In this document: one piece after another, positions 1-12,180 of the stretch
Layout of the letters: each line of letters starts with the position of its first letter
Position numbering within the stretch: the stretch's first letter is position 1
Notes under the pieces: model-generated
The model's input: the letters and a program-made list of their open reading frames with translations, nothing else
Told to the model about the DNA's origin: nothing
Database searches by the model: none
Source: Nageia nagi
Taxonomy: Eukaryota; Plantae; Pinophyta
DNA: 64,000 nucleotides
Reading direction: 5' to 3'
Assembly: GCA_050084985.1 (NCBI GenBank)
Contig: JBITNC010000001.1
Span: 70,804,001-70,868,000, forward strand
Made by a program: the position numbers and the translations under genes

Positions 1-2096
1 TTATATATAAAAAAAAAATATTACAAAATTAACTATTTTTTGTATGCATTAAAATTTATAAATTGTAAAACTCTACTTCAAATATAAAACTTACATAAAA
101 ATTCAAAATGAAAACTTTATATTAAATGATTAATCATATCCTAGTTCCTTGAATTATTAATTTCTTACCTAAGTAAATTTTAGTAACAGTTATAAATGAA
201 TTGATTGTTTCAAAAGATTCACAAATTTTCTGGTTAAATTAAGATCCATCTCAATGTTATTAAGATACCTCATCCAAAGACCCACCTTAAATCTAAATCC
301 TTCCAAAATGAAAATCCAGTTCGCAATGCTTTTCTCAGCAACAAAGCAAATATCCTTTTTCACTAAATATCTTCTTAATCTAATATAAATTAATTTAATG
401 TATTTCATTATCAACTTATTTATCTTGTTTACCAATACTAAGGCCGCTCCCAAGAAACACCCTATTAACCAAGAGGGTTTAGAATTACAACATATTATGA
501 TTAGCTTGAACTTAAATCTGCATACTAAGAATGCAATGGAGACCTGAAACAAAATTGAGTTTTTTTTCTTTTTTTTTACATTTAATATTATTCTGTCTCA
601 AGTTTTAATTAATTGTTCTTTTATTTAGTGTACAGAAGGTGTCACTACTGCTTTAATCAAAGTAAAACGAAACACTTGTCCAATACACCTAAGCAGGAGA
701 CAACTCTATGATTTGTTCTGGTTTTACGTAGAAGCAGAGGTTGTCAGGGAGTAACTTTTATGGGTTCACAGACACTTGGACAGGCTGCAAGGTTCTATAC
801 TCTGTTCCCTACAATCACCTGTATCACCGAGATGATATACTGATCAATTTTAAACCCTTGAGATGAATTAACCCTGCATTCACTACCACATCAAATTCAG
901 ATTTACTGTCTTGAAATTGCAGAGATACAGTAGTTCCCTTGCTTGATCACTGGATAAACATGTGAACAGAAAGTTGAAATAAATAGCAGGTGCTGATCAA
1001 ACTGACCCTCCACTAAGCAGCTACTTCAAAGTAATTTGTAAGTACAATTTTTGTTTTAAGCCTTTAGCACCAGTCTCTCCTAGCACGCTTGAATTCTTAA
1101 CATTGGTTAGAAATGCCACTATAATACTGCCAATGCTGACTATTTTTGCCATTGAAATAGAAGTGTATATTAAACTCAAAAAGTTATAATATTGATAATA
1201 AGCTACTCTGGTAAATTATTCAGGCGCTGCACCTCAAGTTAAGATGGCAACACAATTTCCTACTATACTTGCAGAAGGTACCTTGCACTTCATATGACTA
1301 CACAGTAATCACAGATCTACATATCAGGCAAAAAGGCCAATAGTTCATCGATTTTGTGTAAACTTGGCTGTTCATTTGGGAAGAACAACTAACTTACTTG
1401 CTGTATGCATTAAAGATCATTTCTTAAAAAAGCGGTTACAGGTCAAAAGACAAGAAGATTGCTTGAATTGTAATTATCTAGCCTTCAGTGTTTGATTTAA
1501 AGTTTAAACTCAAGTGAAATAAGAGAAAGTTTTTCTATGAACACAAAGGAAGAAACTATGCACGATGCCATCATATTACCTGGATCCTTGCTACATCATG
1601 TAACTCGGATAGCCTATAACAGTAATTCAGTTCAAGGCATCTGATTATCCACCAAAATTTAGCACTCAGAAGCATACTCCGTTGCAGTCCTTCATTGCAA
1701 CAATTACGCCCAACTGCTGATGCATATTTCACAGGACCAGCAAAAACAGCCTAAATATGCTCTCATCTATTTCATGAACATTAGGAAAGGTGGGCTCACA
1801 GGCAATTACACCAGTAGAGAATGTAATCCCGAATGAATGGAAAAGTAAGGACTTGAATCACATGAACATTCCCCATTGTATCCTCGCACTACGGAAAACC
1901 AATGTATCTATAGAAATATAGGAAGGTAAGAGCAAAATTTAACGACAAAAATACTTGTAGTGTTCCATTTCTATTAAGTACAAAAGTAGGGGCCTCTGCA
2001 AGCTGTAACCTTTGCTTCCAAATGTTGTATACAGGAAAAGTGGAACAGAGCAGAAAGAATCATCTCTCGTGTGCATCCCAGAGAATTCTAGATTAT

Positions 2097-2212
2097 TTAC
2101 ACTGAAGATCTCCATATTCTTCCTTCTAAAGAAACAACCATCACAGAAACATCATCATGATATTTACGGCGATCACCCTGAGGTATTTCAAGAAGCTCAT
2201 GGAAGTCCATCC
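2097..2212 (-). CDS. PLL4: PLL gene exon 5 (terminal, stop TAA at 2099-2097)
   Basis: Acceptor TGCAG|GGATG; [38 protein letters not shown]. Confidence 0.93.
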
Positions 2213-5200
2213 CTGCATTGATATTCTTGTTTAGTGATGTGAAAGCATTGACGATAGAGCAAAGTTCAAAACAGTAAAGCAAACAGCAGTTACAATCCAC
2301 CAGAGTCTGATTACCTGCTTTCTTTGCTGCACGGAAAAGGACCTCCTCAACAAGATGTTGAGCAGGATCACCATCAGGAAAAGATGACATAAACCATTCT
2401 ACATGGTTAACCACCTCTTCATTGGTAAAATACTGATAAAGCCCATCTGAAGAGAGAATCAGAAAATGGTCTTCAGGACCTAGTCTGTGATGGTACAGAG
2501 CAGGAGTGCAGCTGATATATGGAGCATTCCCCACATAATCAATTCTGAACATCTCAAGTAAAGCATCATTCCATTTAGGCTGTCATCACAAAAAGGAAGG
2601 CACCCATGAATCCAACAGTAGAAAAGGTCAATCTATTCCATAGGCAACCACAGACCATTACTACGAGAAGTTAACCTAAATGCATGTCTTTCATGCAAAG
2701 ATACCTACGAAACTAAATTAATCAAACTGCTTAATTGATAATTAACAGCACTGGAAGTACAGACGAAGAAACTGGTTTTTAAACTCCAGCGCAGATTACA
2801 CAAAATCTAAACAGGAGAGTTGCCCACAAGGCTTATGAGAACATTGCACACCAGACTCTCAAAATATTCTGCAGAATTACAAAGTAGCACTATTGCTTTA
2901 ACATTGTGATCTAGACAAATTCTGTTGCAATCTCTACCTGCTTAAGAAACCCTGCACCAAATGCACGTGTGACTTTCAGTGTGCCCTTTACACGATCATT
3001 ACTGATGGACAACACATCATCTACGTGCTCTGCCTTGATCCTGAGAACCTCCTGAAGAAATAATACCCAAAAGTCAATATTAAACATGTTACAGCCGAAA
3101 GGTAAAGTAGCTTGCATTAATATGAATTTTAAAAAGCCCATAAAAAGAAAGAGACTAGCAACTGCAAGGGGATATTTACAAAGTATATTTGAAGTGACCA
3201 TATCCAGGCAATTTGTGATATTTTAAAAACTATGGAATCATAATGATATTTAATATTCAAAAGCAAAGAGCTTATGGCACCGATTCTGACCTCTTCAACA
3301 CTGGTACTATGATCCAAAGAGAGTTGAACAGCACCCAAGGTTGGTTTCTTTCTGGGCTGATCCATATTAGTTGGATCGAAAGAATTATCATCATCAAAAT
3401 CTTCCAAATCATTTGAGGTTTCTTCACAAATCCGTTCCAAGTCTCGACAGGGAAGAGATTCTCCCATTCCTTGAGATTTAGATAGGGGATTCCCAAGGTC
3501 AGGCTTCAGTTTCTGCGCCAGGATCGCCCTACTATCACCAACATTCATGACATACACATTTTCTCCCATCATCAACATCACAAGCACACAAGATCCCATC
3601 AGAGCCAGCTCTGGATTTTCCGCAGCAGCCTTGTCAGCCATCTCCAAATAGGCCTCCTCTGTTCTACTCAATGCCCGACCCAACGCCTTCAAAACCTCTT
3701 GATGGTCCAATTGCCTGTCTTGATCCCTTGCCTGCTTAAACTCCTCCCTCAACCGTCGATCAAGCTCCAACCTTTCTTGAATCCAATCATGCTTCCACTT
3801 CCTCTGATTCTCTCTCCATTTCCTGGACATCCCTTTGAGCCTACCCTTACCCTGCTTCAACTTACTCTTACAATTCATTTTCTCATCAACCTCTCCTTCT
3901 GTATGCAAAAAACCCTCTGTCCTAAGGACCGAGGCTTCAAAGTGACTGTTCTCTCTACCTGATCCCAATTCAGTTACTGCATCAGCATGAGAAAGGATAA
4001 TGTTCAATAGATAATAATTTCACAATTTTCTATTGCCAAGACTTTTCAATAATTATAACCTTTGCAAGTCAACATGCATCAAACCTTCTTACTAGATTTT
4101 TATTTTCATTTTTAAATTCTAAGCAACACAACCAAAAAATCTACGTTGTAAATGCCTAAGAAACCTTAAAATTCAACAGGAAAAAAGATTGCCCTGGATT
4201 TCTGAACTTCTTGAAAACATAAAATTAAAGAAAACATGGTCGAAAATGCAATTAGAGCAAGATTTGGCAGGATTTCCCAATTTGCAGAAAACTATAAAAT
4301 TCAATTCTTTCATTGGTTACCTGAAACGAAGCCATCTTCTGTATTAGAGTTTGGCACAGGCTCTTGAGCGCCGCTTCTGAATTGCAAACCATCATTGCAC
4401 CCATAGCTATCCAATTTTTCTTCCGATTCTCTCTCAGCCTTATTTTCTCTAATTCCTTCAACAGAACCTTCCGTTTCTGTAACGGGTTTCTCTCGATCCC
4501 ATATCAGTCCCTTCAATTCCTTCTGAATTGACATATACAGATTGCCTAGTAGATAATCAGGGGCATCGGGGCCATTAAAACCATCATAAATGCCCACAAA
4601 AAGCCACCCATGTTCCTCCGATATGACAATATGGACTCTATCCTCCCCTGCCTTACCGTGAGCCCATTGTAGGTTCTGGCTCTCAATCGAATCCGACGTA
4701 GCATCATCAAGACTAAGATCACTACTGCACAGATCTCCGCTCTTATCAGACTCCAAAATCTTCGGAGACGGTGTCTTGATGGGCGCCACAAGGGATCCCC
4801 TCTGGCTCCGCGAAACAGTCAATATAGCACTCTTGGAAAGCGTCTTGGTTCTGGTAAGAGCCTTTTTCAGAGGCCCGCTAACGGTCCTGAGAACCCGAGA
4901 TACAGAATAGTGTTTTCTCAGGTTTCTTCTATACCCAAGCGGCCCCGAGCAGAAAGCCGGTTCCATATCCATGGGACCGGACCTGTACCCCTTTTCGAGA
5001 GGACCCGAGAGAAACCCACGTTCCAGAGGACCGGACATGAATCCCCTCTCCAGAGGACCGGATAGGAAGCCAAACCCGCCACCGCCACCGGTGAGCGGGC
5101 CCGAGTTGGACAACCGGCGGGGAACCGGCTGGAGGGGTATGGCGCTAAAGGAAGTGCTGCTCTCGAACGCCGCCGGGCGGTCGTACAAGACCAAGGAGTT

Positions 5201-5557
5201 GTAATGATCGGTGGGAGCGGTGGTGAGCGGCGTGGACGTATTGGCGCTGACAGACGCACCCGAGATGGAACGGAAGGTGGTCGTTTCCGGCGGCGCCACC
5301 ACGGCAGCGGCGGCCCTCCGCCGCTGGTCGTCTTTGGGGATACTGAGTTTCAGAGAACCCAAGTGATGATTTTCATGGTCATCGGTTCCGGTCAGGTGGG
5401 ACGGGTCATCCGCCGGGCGGATATAGCAAAAAGAATGCCCGTATCCCTCATCGTCCAACTGGTCCGATATCAAAACTGCAATATCATGCCGTCTTCTCTG
5501 TACTTCTCTTTTTCTCCCGCTGAAACAACTGGTTATTTTCCCGTACCCGTTACCCAT
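2097..5557 (-). CDS. PLL4: POLTERGEIST-like protein phosphatase 2C (PLL4/PLL5-type, PP2C clade C), 5 exons, 805 aa; join(5557-4321,3976-3291,3051-2938,2579-2315,2212-2097)
   Basis: Family motifs [36 protein letters not shown] repeats, [96 protein letters not shown]. All four introns are GT..AG with matching phases (1,0,0,1). Exon lengths 1237+686+114+265+116=2418, divisible by 3. PLL4 versus PLL5 orthology cannot be resolved. Confidence 0.93.
2315..2579 (-). CDS. PLL4: PLL gene exon 4
   Basis: Acceptor ACAG|CCTAAATGG ([15 protein letters not shown]); contains [11 protein letters not shown] and DPAQHL; donor GCAG|GTAATC, phase 1. Confidence 0.93.
2938..3051 (-). CDS. PLL4: PLL gene exon 3
   Basis: Acceptor TTCTTCAG|GAG; EVLRIKAEH...[20 protein letters not shown]; donor CAG|GTAGAG. 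Confidence 0.93.
3291..3976 (-). CDS. PLL4: PLL gene exon 2
   Basis: Acceptor GATGCAG|TA at 3977/3976 completes the phase-1 codon (GTA, Val); donor GAG|GTCAGA at 3291/3290; encodes [27 protein letters not shown]. Confidence 0.87.
4321..5557 (-). CDS. PLL4: PLL gene exon 1 (N-terminal acylation signal, SGP(L/M) repeat region, start of PP2C domain)
   Basis: ATG at 5557; ORF 4310..5557; donor TCAG|GTAACC at 4321/4320, phase 1. Confidence 0.9.
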
Positions 5558-6300
5558 CGCATATCTCTAAATTACTCCAAACCTCCCAATTTCTCTACTC
5601 AAAATCCCCATACAGACTGTTCAACAAACTTGCTCTTTTAACTCATTTTCTGGGCTTTTGGCCTTCTAAATCTGGTATGGGTCTTTGCTTAAAGCATAGT
5701 AAACGTGATCGAACAATTTTTTATTTTTTTTTTGGTGGGTTGTTTTATTTTTTCTGGAGAGTTTTTTGGGTAGTCAACCGGGCAATAAAATCTATTAGTT
5801 TATGGCAAGCCAAGAATAGGTAGCGGGATCTGGTGGACTTGTGAGAATCGATATTTTAATTAGGAATGTTTTGTGCTTTGGTGGGCAATAAAGTTTTTTT
5901 CAAAACGAATTCATCAAGGTGGCTTTAATGGCTATACTATTCTTCATCTTTCTGCAAAGAAGATTCCGTTGACATTGAGTACCTCCCCGGGCCGGACGGC
6001 CCTATCTCTGGAGGCGTTGACCTTTGGTGCCCCCCAATCTACATCTCTGCATTTTTTGCTATTCTGTGGAGTTGCACCACTCGCTTTGGCTTTTTATTAT
6101 TATTATTATTTTTAGGATGGAGTTGGAATGGAGAGGAGCAATCAGCAAATGTCATCTTGCGGGTGTCAGAGGGGGCCTGCCACAAGCCAACTACCCACCC
6201 AACACATGACTTCAAAGCCATTGATGTTTTCAACCATTGGAAAACCAATCCAGGCATTAATGGTGTGAATTTCATAGTTGAAAAATGGAGCCCATGGAAT
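5558..6300 (-). promoter_or_regulatory. Probable 5' UTR and proximal promoter of the PLL gene, with two W-box cores
   Basis: Non-repetitive, CG-retaining sequence directly upstream of the ATG. TTGACT (minus strand, 5772-5777) and TTGACC (6017-6022) match the WRKY W-box core. TSS not identifiable. Confidence 0.35.
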
Positions 6301-6667
6301 TTCGGCAACTACTTGGCTGGGCAATCACAAGAGACAGAGGAGAAGATGATTATTAATCCCCAAATCATTCATTGCACGATCACCCAGCACCAGATTTTCA
6401 TCGTCAAAATGATTTGCACCAAGATATGGATGAATCAACACTGCTCTTTCCCAACTTACCAGGGTGGTAAATACATATATGGATCTTTAAAATATATGAT
6501 ATGGATTCAAATTTGAAATAATTATGTTACTTGTGATTTTTTTCATGGTGATTCATTTAATGAGGAAGTTTTTTTTGGTAAGATTGGTATAAACAAGGTT
6601 TATAATAGTGGAAGCATATCTATTCTTGCTTTGAGAAAGAATTTGTTAACATGAAATAATGTAGATG

Positions 6668-6683
6668 AAACCCTAAACCCTAA
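6668..6683. repeat. Tandem telomere-type motif (telo-box) AAACCCTAAACCCTAA
   Basis: Two plant telomere heptamers seen directly, about 1.1 kb upstream of the PLL ATG. Confidence 0.4.
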
Positions 6684-8134
6684 TTATTACTAGAAGGAAG
6701 GGAAGGTTAAGAAAGTTGGATTCAAAAACAAGGTGGCGATTGAGTTGAACTCCAATACCTTGGTAACTTTCCTTAAAAAATTGGTTGTTGTCATGACCAT
6801 TATAATTGAATTTAGGATATGAATACATGACTTAACCCTCTAATATGCACCTTTGATCAATGCTAAAGTCAATATAGGATGACGAAGAGAAGTTGAATTA
6901 ATGATAGATTTATTTAATTTTGGAGTTGACTAACATCACAAAGATATTGTTGGGGTTCCCCATTTTGGTGGGATTTAAATTTTCAAACCATTTTTTAATG
7001 GTTCGATATATAACAAATTTCAAGAACGTAGAGCTCCTCATATAAGGTATTTTTTTATTTGCATTTTAATAAGATCGTTCAATAACACATATGTTGACTT
7101 TAAAAAGGAAGTAATGGTCTTCATTAATATTAATAAGAGGAATAATGTTATATTTTAGCATTTTTTCTATACCCTTAGCTTCATATCATGAAAAAAAAAA
7201 ACGTACATCATATCAATATCAGGAAATAATATAGAGAAGAAAAAGATATATATGGATATCATCTTTGGAACAATTTACATAAATATTATAATAATGTTAC
7301 TATATATATATATATTCTTTTCAAGATTTTTTTGGCAATACTAGAATAAAATTAGCTACGTTAATTTTATTTAAATTTACATAAAACTTGAAATGAGGTT
7401 GTTACTACTTTTTTCTAATATAAAGTTTTAAGTATAAATATAAAATTGATATAAAAGTTAACATAAATGTATGCAACATTTGCATGAATATAATATATAA
7501 AGTTGGCATAAAGGGTTCCTAAAATAATTTGCTTCACAATTTCATAAAAATTAATAATAATATAATGAATTTTATTTTATATATCATAATGTTATAAACC
7601 TCTAACTATTTGATGAAGATCTAATAACTTACCACTCAAATTTAATGGGATATAACGGTTAACATAAACAAGAGAACCAAGTACCTTGAACGACGAAGTT
7701 ATCATTTATATCATGTTGATCGACATCTCTATTCTCATTTTCTCAATCACTTACCCAACTTTGTTTTGAACATATTTTAGATAGTATTTTTGCCTAAATA
7801 GTTTCATGAAGGTACATCAATGCAAATGGCATAAATATACTGTTACATTTAATACAAATATTAATAGCAATATCAAAACAAAACTATAAATTAGAATAAA
7901 ATAAAATCTTAAAATCTTACATTAAGTTCATAGAGCATTGTATCAATTAAAGAATGAAATTCTATAATCAAAATCTTAAAAATATGTTTAAATTATAGAA
8001 AAAAATGTAACTAGTTTAGATATCTTAAATATATATCTACAAAATATTGAGAGGTATCATTTTGGAGATATCTATTTTAAATATATTTATACCTTACATA
8101 AAATATTATTAAATAAAAATATAAATTAAAATAT

Positions 8135-9815
8135 CGCACAAGAGATGGTGATAGTCAAGCGAGCTTTTTGGTAGCAAATAGGAGTGGTCGCGGGGGCAGG
8201 GGCCTTGCCCTTGGCAAGCTTTTCTGGGCGAAGCAAGTGCTAACAAGCAAGGAGGTGAGGAGGCAACTTTAAGTAGTTTAGATTACAACCGTAGGGTGGC
8301 AAGGGCTTTGCCTACTATGACCTCACTTCTTTTAGGGTTTTTTCTATTATGAAGGGTTTCAAGGTGCTTGAATTGGATGGCTTAGGATGAGGGGTAGTGA
8401 CATAGATGGGCTATGATCACTACTGCTAGAGTAAATGATGGAGGAGCCTCAAAGATCCTAGCATAGCCTCTTCTCATAAGAAGCTATGGTGGGCACAGGA
8501 ACCCCTATCAAAGCTCAAAAGAGGGGGGAGAAGATATATCTTAGAGTTCTAAATGATATTATTAACCAATCCACGAATAGAGGAAGATTTAGTTTGGTTT
8601 TCAGGCTACATGGTGCAAAACCAAATATTGATTCTATTTAAAAATGGTTTAAAGTGATGGAAAATCAAAGGACAGATAGAGATTATCACTATGCCCAATT
8701 ATTACCTTATGTTTATCTTCGATAATGCAAATGATCAAGATTATATCTTGAGCCAACCATGGTTTTATGGGAGGTGAAGATTTTTCTTAGAGAAATGGCA
8801 GTTAGGGTTGAATCCTGCCAAGGCCAAACTAATGAATGCTCCAATTTGGCTCATCCTTCCACACCTACCTTTTGAATTTTGGTATCAAAAAGTTTTTGAA
8901 GGAATTTCAAGGTCCTTTGAAAAATTCATTACAGTGAATGAAGTCACAAAAGCTCGCATAAGACTCATAGAGGTAAGATTCTATTTCATGGTTGAATATG
9001 GGATCAATCTACCAAAGACTATCATGCTCGAATCGAACTTAAAAGAGTGGGTTTAAGAATAATGGTTTGAAAGAAACAACTGTATATGCTCGATATGAAA
9101 TCAGGTTGGGCATAATAGTAACTCATGTCCTGCCCAACAGGTATGAAGTCTAAAATTTCATCAAGATGGGCATAATCAAAATAAGACATGTGGCAAACCA
9201 GTGGTGAAGGATGCAAATAATAGTAAGGCTACACTTGATCGATGTAGTAATGATAATCAAAATGCTTCGAATGAATATGACAAATCAAGCAAAGACACAA
9301 CCAACATTGAAAAGGCACTTGCATTAGATTTGGCTTTTGGATCCCTAACTTTGGTAATCATAGCTAATGAAGTTGGTGCATCTAATGTAGCTCCATTAAT
9401 AATATACAACTACAATAATAATGAGTTTTCCCTAGATTCAATCACCATTAAAGAAAAGGTAGAAAATAATATTCACAAGAAAGACTTCATGGAAAATAAA
9501 CCACTAAATGATGGATGGAAATAGGTAACTCTTAGAAAGAGATGACATAATCCTCCTCCATAAAATATGTATGACTCTGATGAAAGTCAAAGACTTAGAG
9601 GTAATTGTAGAATCACAAGGAGTGTTTTGAAAAATCCTGATGTTGGAAAAATGCATGTTGGAAGACCGAGTGAGGGAGAGATTAGAGAAAAAGAAAGTGC
9701 TAGAGAAGTTGTTGATGGTAAATAACAAAGCAAGGAAAGAAATGAGGTTCCTATAGAAGACCTTAGATTGCAATGCAATGACTATGGTAGTTAAATTATT
9801 TTGGAACAACAACTT
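8135..9815 (+). mobile_element. Decayed, 3'-truncated L1-type LINE (5' UTR, ORF1, start of ORF2 endonuclease)
   Basis: ORF 8808..9056 NAPIWLILPHLPFEFW...TKARIR...LPKTIML matches plant LINE ORF1. A zinc-knuckle remnant C-x2-(*)-x4-H-x4-C lies at ~9087-9130. DDIILL (cf. DIILLQET) at ~9541 and LFWNN (cf. FTWNN) at ~9800 are endonuclease remnants. GC-rich leader from ~8135. Confidence 0.75.
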
Positions 9816-11191
9816 ATGTATAAAATTAGGTCCAAGTTGTGGATTCCATGTAGGATATTAAATGTACATTATGTTATGTACAAAATAAACAGTGGTAGGA
9901 TGTTGTCGATCGATTACAAATATGTTTTTTATAGGTTTTAGGTACCTATATAAAAAACCCCTTAATTTACCAAATGACCTTTTTTTAGTCTCGACCAAAA
10001 AAATATAAATAAAAATGCAATAAATATCTCACACATTATTTATAAAAAAATTAATAAATATTTCATAACAATAATTAAATATGAAAAATAAATTAAATAT
10101 AAAAAGAGAGTTGTGGATTAAATTCTTAATGTTGGCTCATTCTTATTATTTTTTTAAATGTTTATTATTTATTTAAATATTTTAATTGTTTCACTTATTT
10201 TTTCTTAAGTTAATAAGTTGGCTAAATTAGTTTTAAAAAAGTTTGATAGTTAAACATTAAGACTACTCTCAACATAATTACAATATAATTTATCTAAAAT
10301 TATTTAAAAAGATTAGTGTACTTGTTTCACCTTGCAATTACATTGTAGCTATGATATATCCCCTTATATATAAAAAAATGCCAAGAGATATCATTCTTGA
10401 GTTGTAATTTATTATATTTAATAAGTGTTTTACATACTTTTCTTTAAAATATGATATTTATATAGTTTTTGAAATATATTTTCGAAGTTGATTATTTTTT
10501 TAAATAATAAAGTCTATTCATTTTATTTTAAATATTGAAGTCGACATTTGACGAACAAACTCACGTACGACATTTTGGCTCTCCACTCTATCCTCTATTG
10601 CACCTATAGGAATGCCTCTCGAAATTAAATAAAGAAGTGTAGCATCATAATATTGCATAGTATTATGAGATGAATTTATCTCCTCCAATATTATTAATGC
10701 TAACTATAAATAGTGTGTAATGTTATACATATTTAATCTATTATCTTATAAAATACTAAATTTTAATTTTAAAACTTAAAATATATAAATATAAATATTC
10801 TAAATAGAAACTAATTAAAAAAAAACTAAGGTTCTAAAGTTCTTATAAAGATTTGAAATATATATAAATAAAATATAAGTTATCCTCACAAGTTAGGGGA
10901 GTTGGAAATCTCAATAAAAATGTTTTATTGGAAGGTTAAGTTTAAACTTGTTTAAGTAGAAACCATATAGATTAGTAGGTTTGATCATTGATGGAATATA
11001 TACATTTAGGAAATAAATATCTTCAATCCTAAGTTGAAGACAATCATATCATATAAAAAATAAACAAATGAAATATAAACTTCAAAATCTTTAATCTTTC
11101 AAAAGTTTTTTTTTGTGTAATATTTTTCAATAACATAAAATTATAAAAATTAAGAATTATAAGATTTTGTGGTTTTTTAATATTTTGCATT

Positions 11192-11467
11192 TTTTACATT
11201 TTTTTGTTGGATAAACCATATAATGAGGGAGAACTTTTGTCCCATGTTTGTTTATCTTAGGCTTTGAGTCAATGATTGAGGGGCATCCACATTGTCAAAA
11301 TCCATTGGGGGCATGATCCTCACCTTATCTGCACCTACCATAACTTGATAGGATTTTAGATACCATGCATGTGAGGGGGAGAGATTTGAACATGGGACCT
11401 TCCTGTTTCCACTTAGGATTTTTAAGAACACCCTTTCTCACCAACTCCCCTCACAATTGCTAGTTTG
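11192..11467 (-). mobile_element. Probable tRNA-derived SINE
   Basis: Minus strand has an A-box-like TGAGGGGAGTTGG (11453-11441), a B-box-like TGTTCAAATCTC (11392-11381) and an A-rich tail (T-run on + at ~11192-11206). Flanking direct repeat TTTTGCATT at 11183-11191 and 11468-11476. Confidence 0.5.
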
Positions 11468-11739
11468 TTTTGCATTGTTTTTTAAATAAAAATTTTTGTT
11501 ATTGATTTTTCACACACCCACTCATGCACTCATACAACTCAAATCTAAGACTAGTTAGAATATGTCGATACTATCCCAGACCATGTCATTGAAGTGCCTC
11601 CACCTGGGCTTAAAGAAATAAAACTTTTTTTCTTTAAATTATTTTTTCTACAATTTTCTATCCTACTCTTTTATTTCTATTATTTTTAACTTACACTTCA
11701 AGAGAAACTTAAAAAACCTAAAAATAAGGTAATATATAT

Positions 11740-12180
11740 TATCTTTGTGAATATGCAAACACACATTTTAAAAAAACTCAACTACATATCCATAAAGCTA
11801 ATATTCCTAATAGCTTCGCGATTATGCAAACATAGAAAAACTTGGTGCAAGATTCATGAAGCTATTCAAGGAGATTAATTTCAAAAATATGCAAACATAA
11901 AATTTAAAAAAAAAAATCGATTGCATATTCTTAAAACTAATGTATCATATTATGTTCATGAATATGCAAATATGAAAAAACTTGGTTACATATCTTTAAA
12001 ACTAATATGCCATACTATCTTCATGTATATGCAAACATGAAAAAAATTGGCATATATTCGCAAAGCCAAAATGACATATTAGTTTTATGAATATGAAAAC
12101 CTTAATTTAAAAAAAAATCAACTCCATATTTGTGAGACTAATATGTCAATTTAGCTTCGTAAATATGTAAACTAAATTTT
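11740..12180. repeat. Degenerate ~68-bp tandem array, about 7 units
   Basis: ATATGCAAAC-like core recurs at ~11751, 11822, 11887, 11962, 12027, 12091, 12162, each followed by an A-tract and a CATAT(T/C) inverted half-site. Confidence 0.7.

Noticed and set aside
190-552. 120-aa minus-strand ORF
   Set aside because: No true ATG start (TTG), low-complexity AT-rich composition and no family motif; at most an ancient LINE scrap.
640-2090. A second gene or ncRNA downstream of the PLL stop
   Set aside because: Non-repetitive, intron- or UTR-like composition, but no ORF, hairpin or RNA family that I can support.
3272-5641. Overlapping or antisense ORFs over PLL exons (e.g. 4971..5204+, 5204..5641+, 4918..5259-, 3699..3962+)
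   Set aside because: Expected shadows of GC-rich coding sequence; no recognisable domains.
5873-6516. Cluster of short ORFs upstream of the PLL gene, including 119 aa at 6157..6516
   Set aside because: No convincing homology or splice structure. A faint LINE-ORF1-like phrase (IVEKWSP) is too short to support a call.
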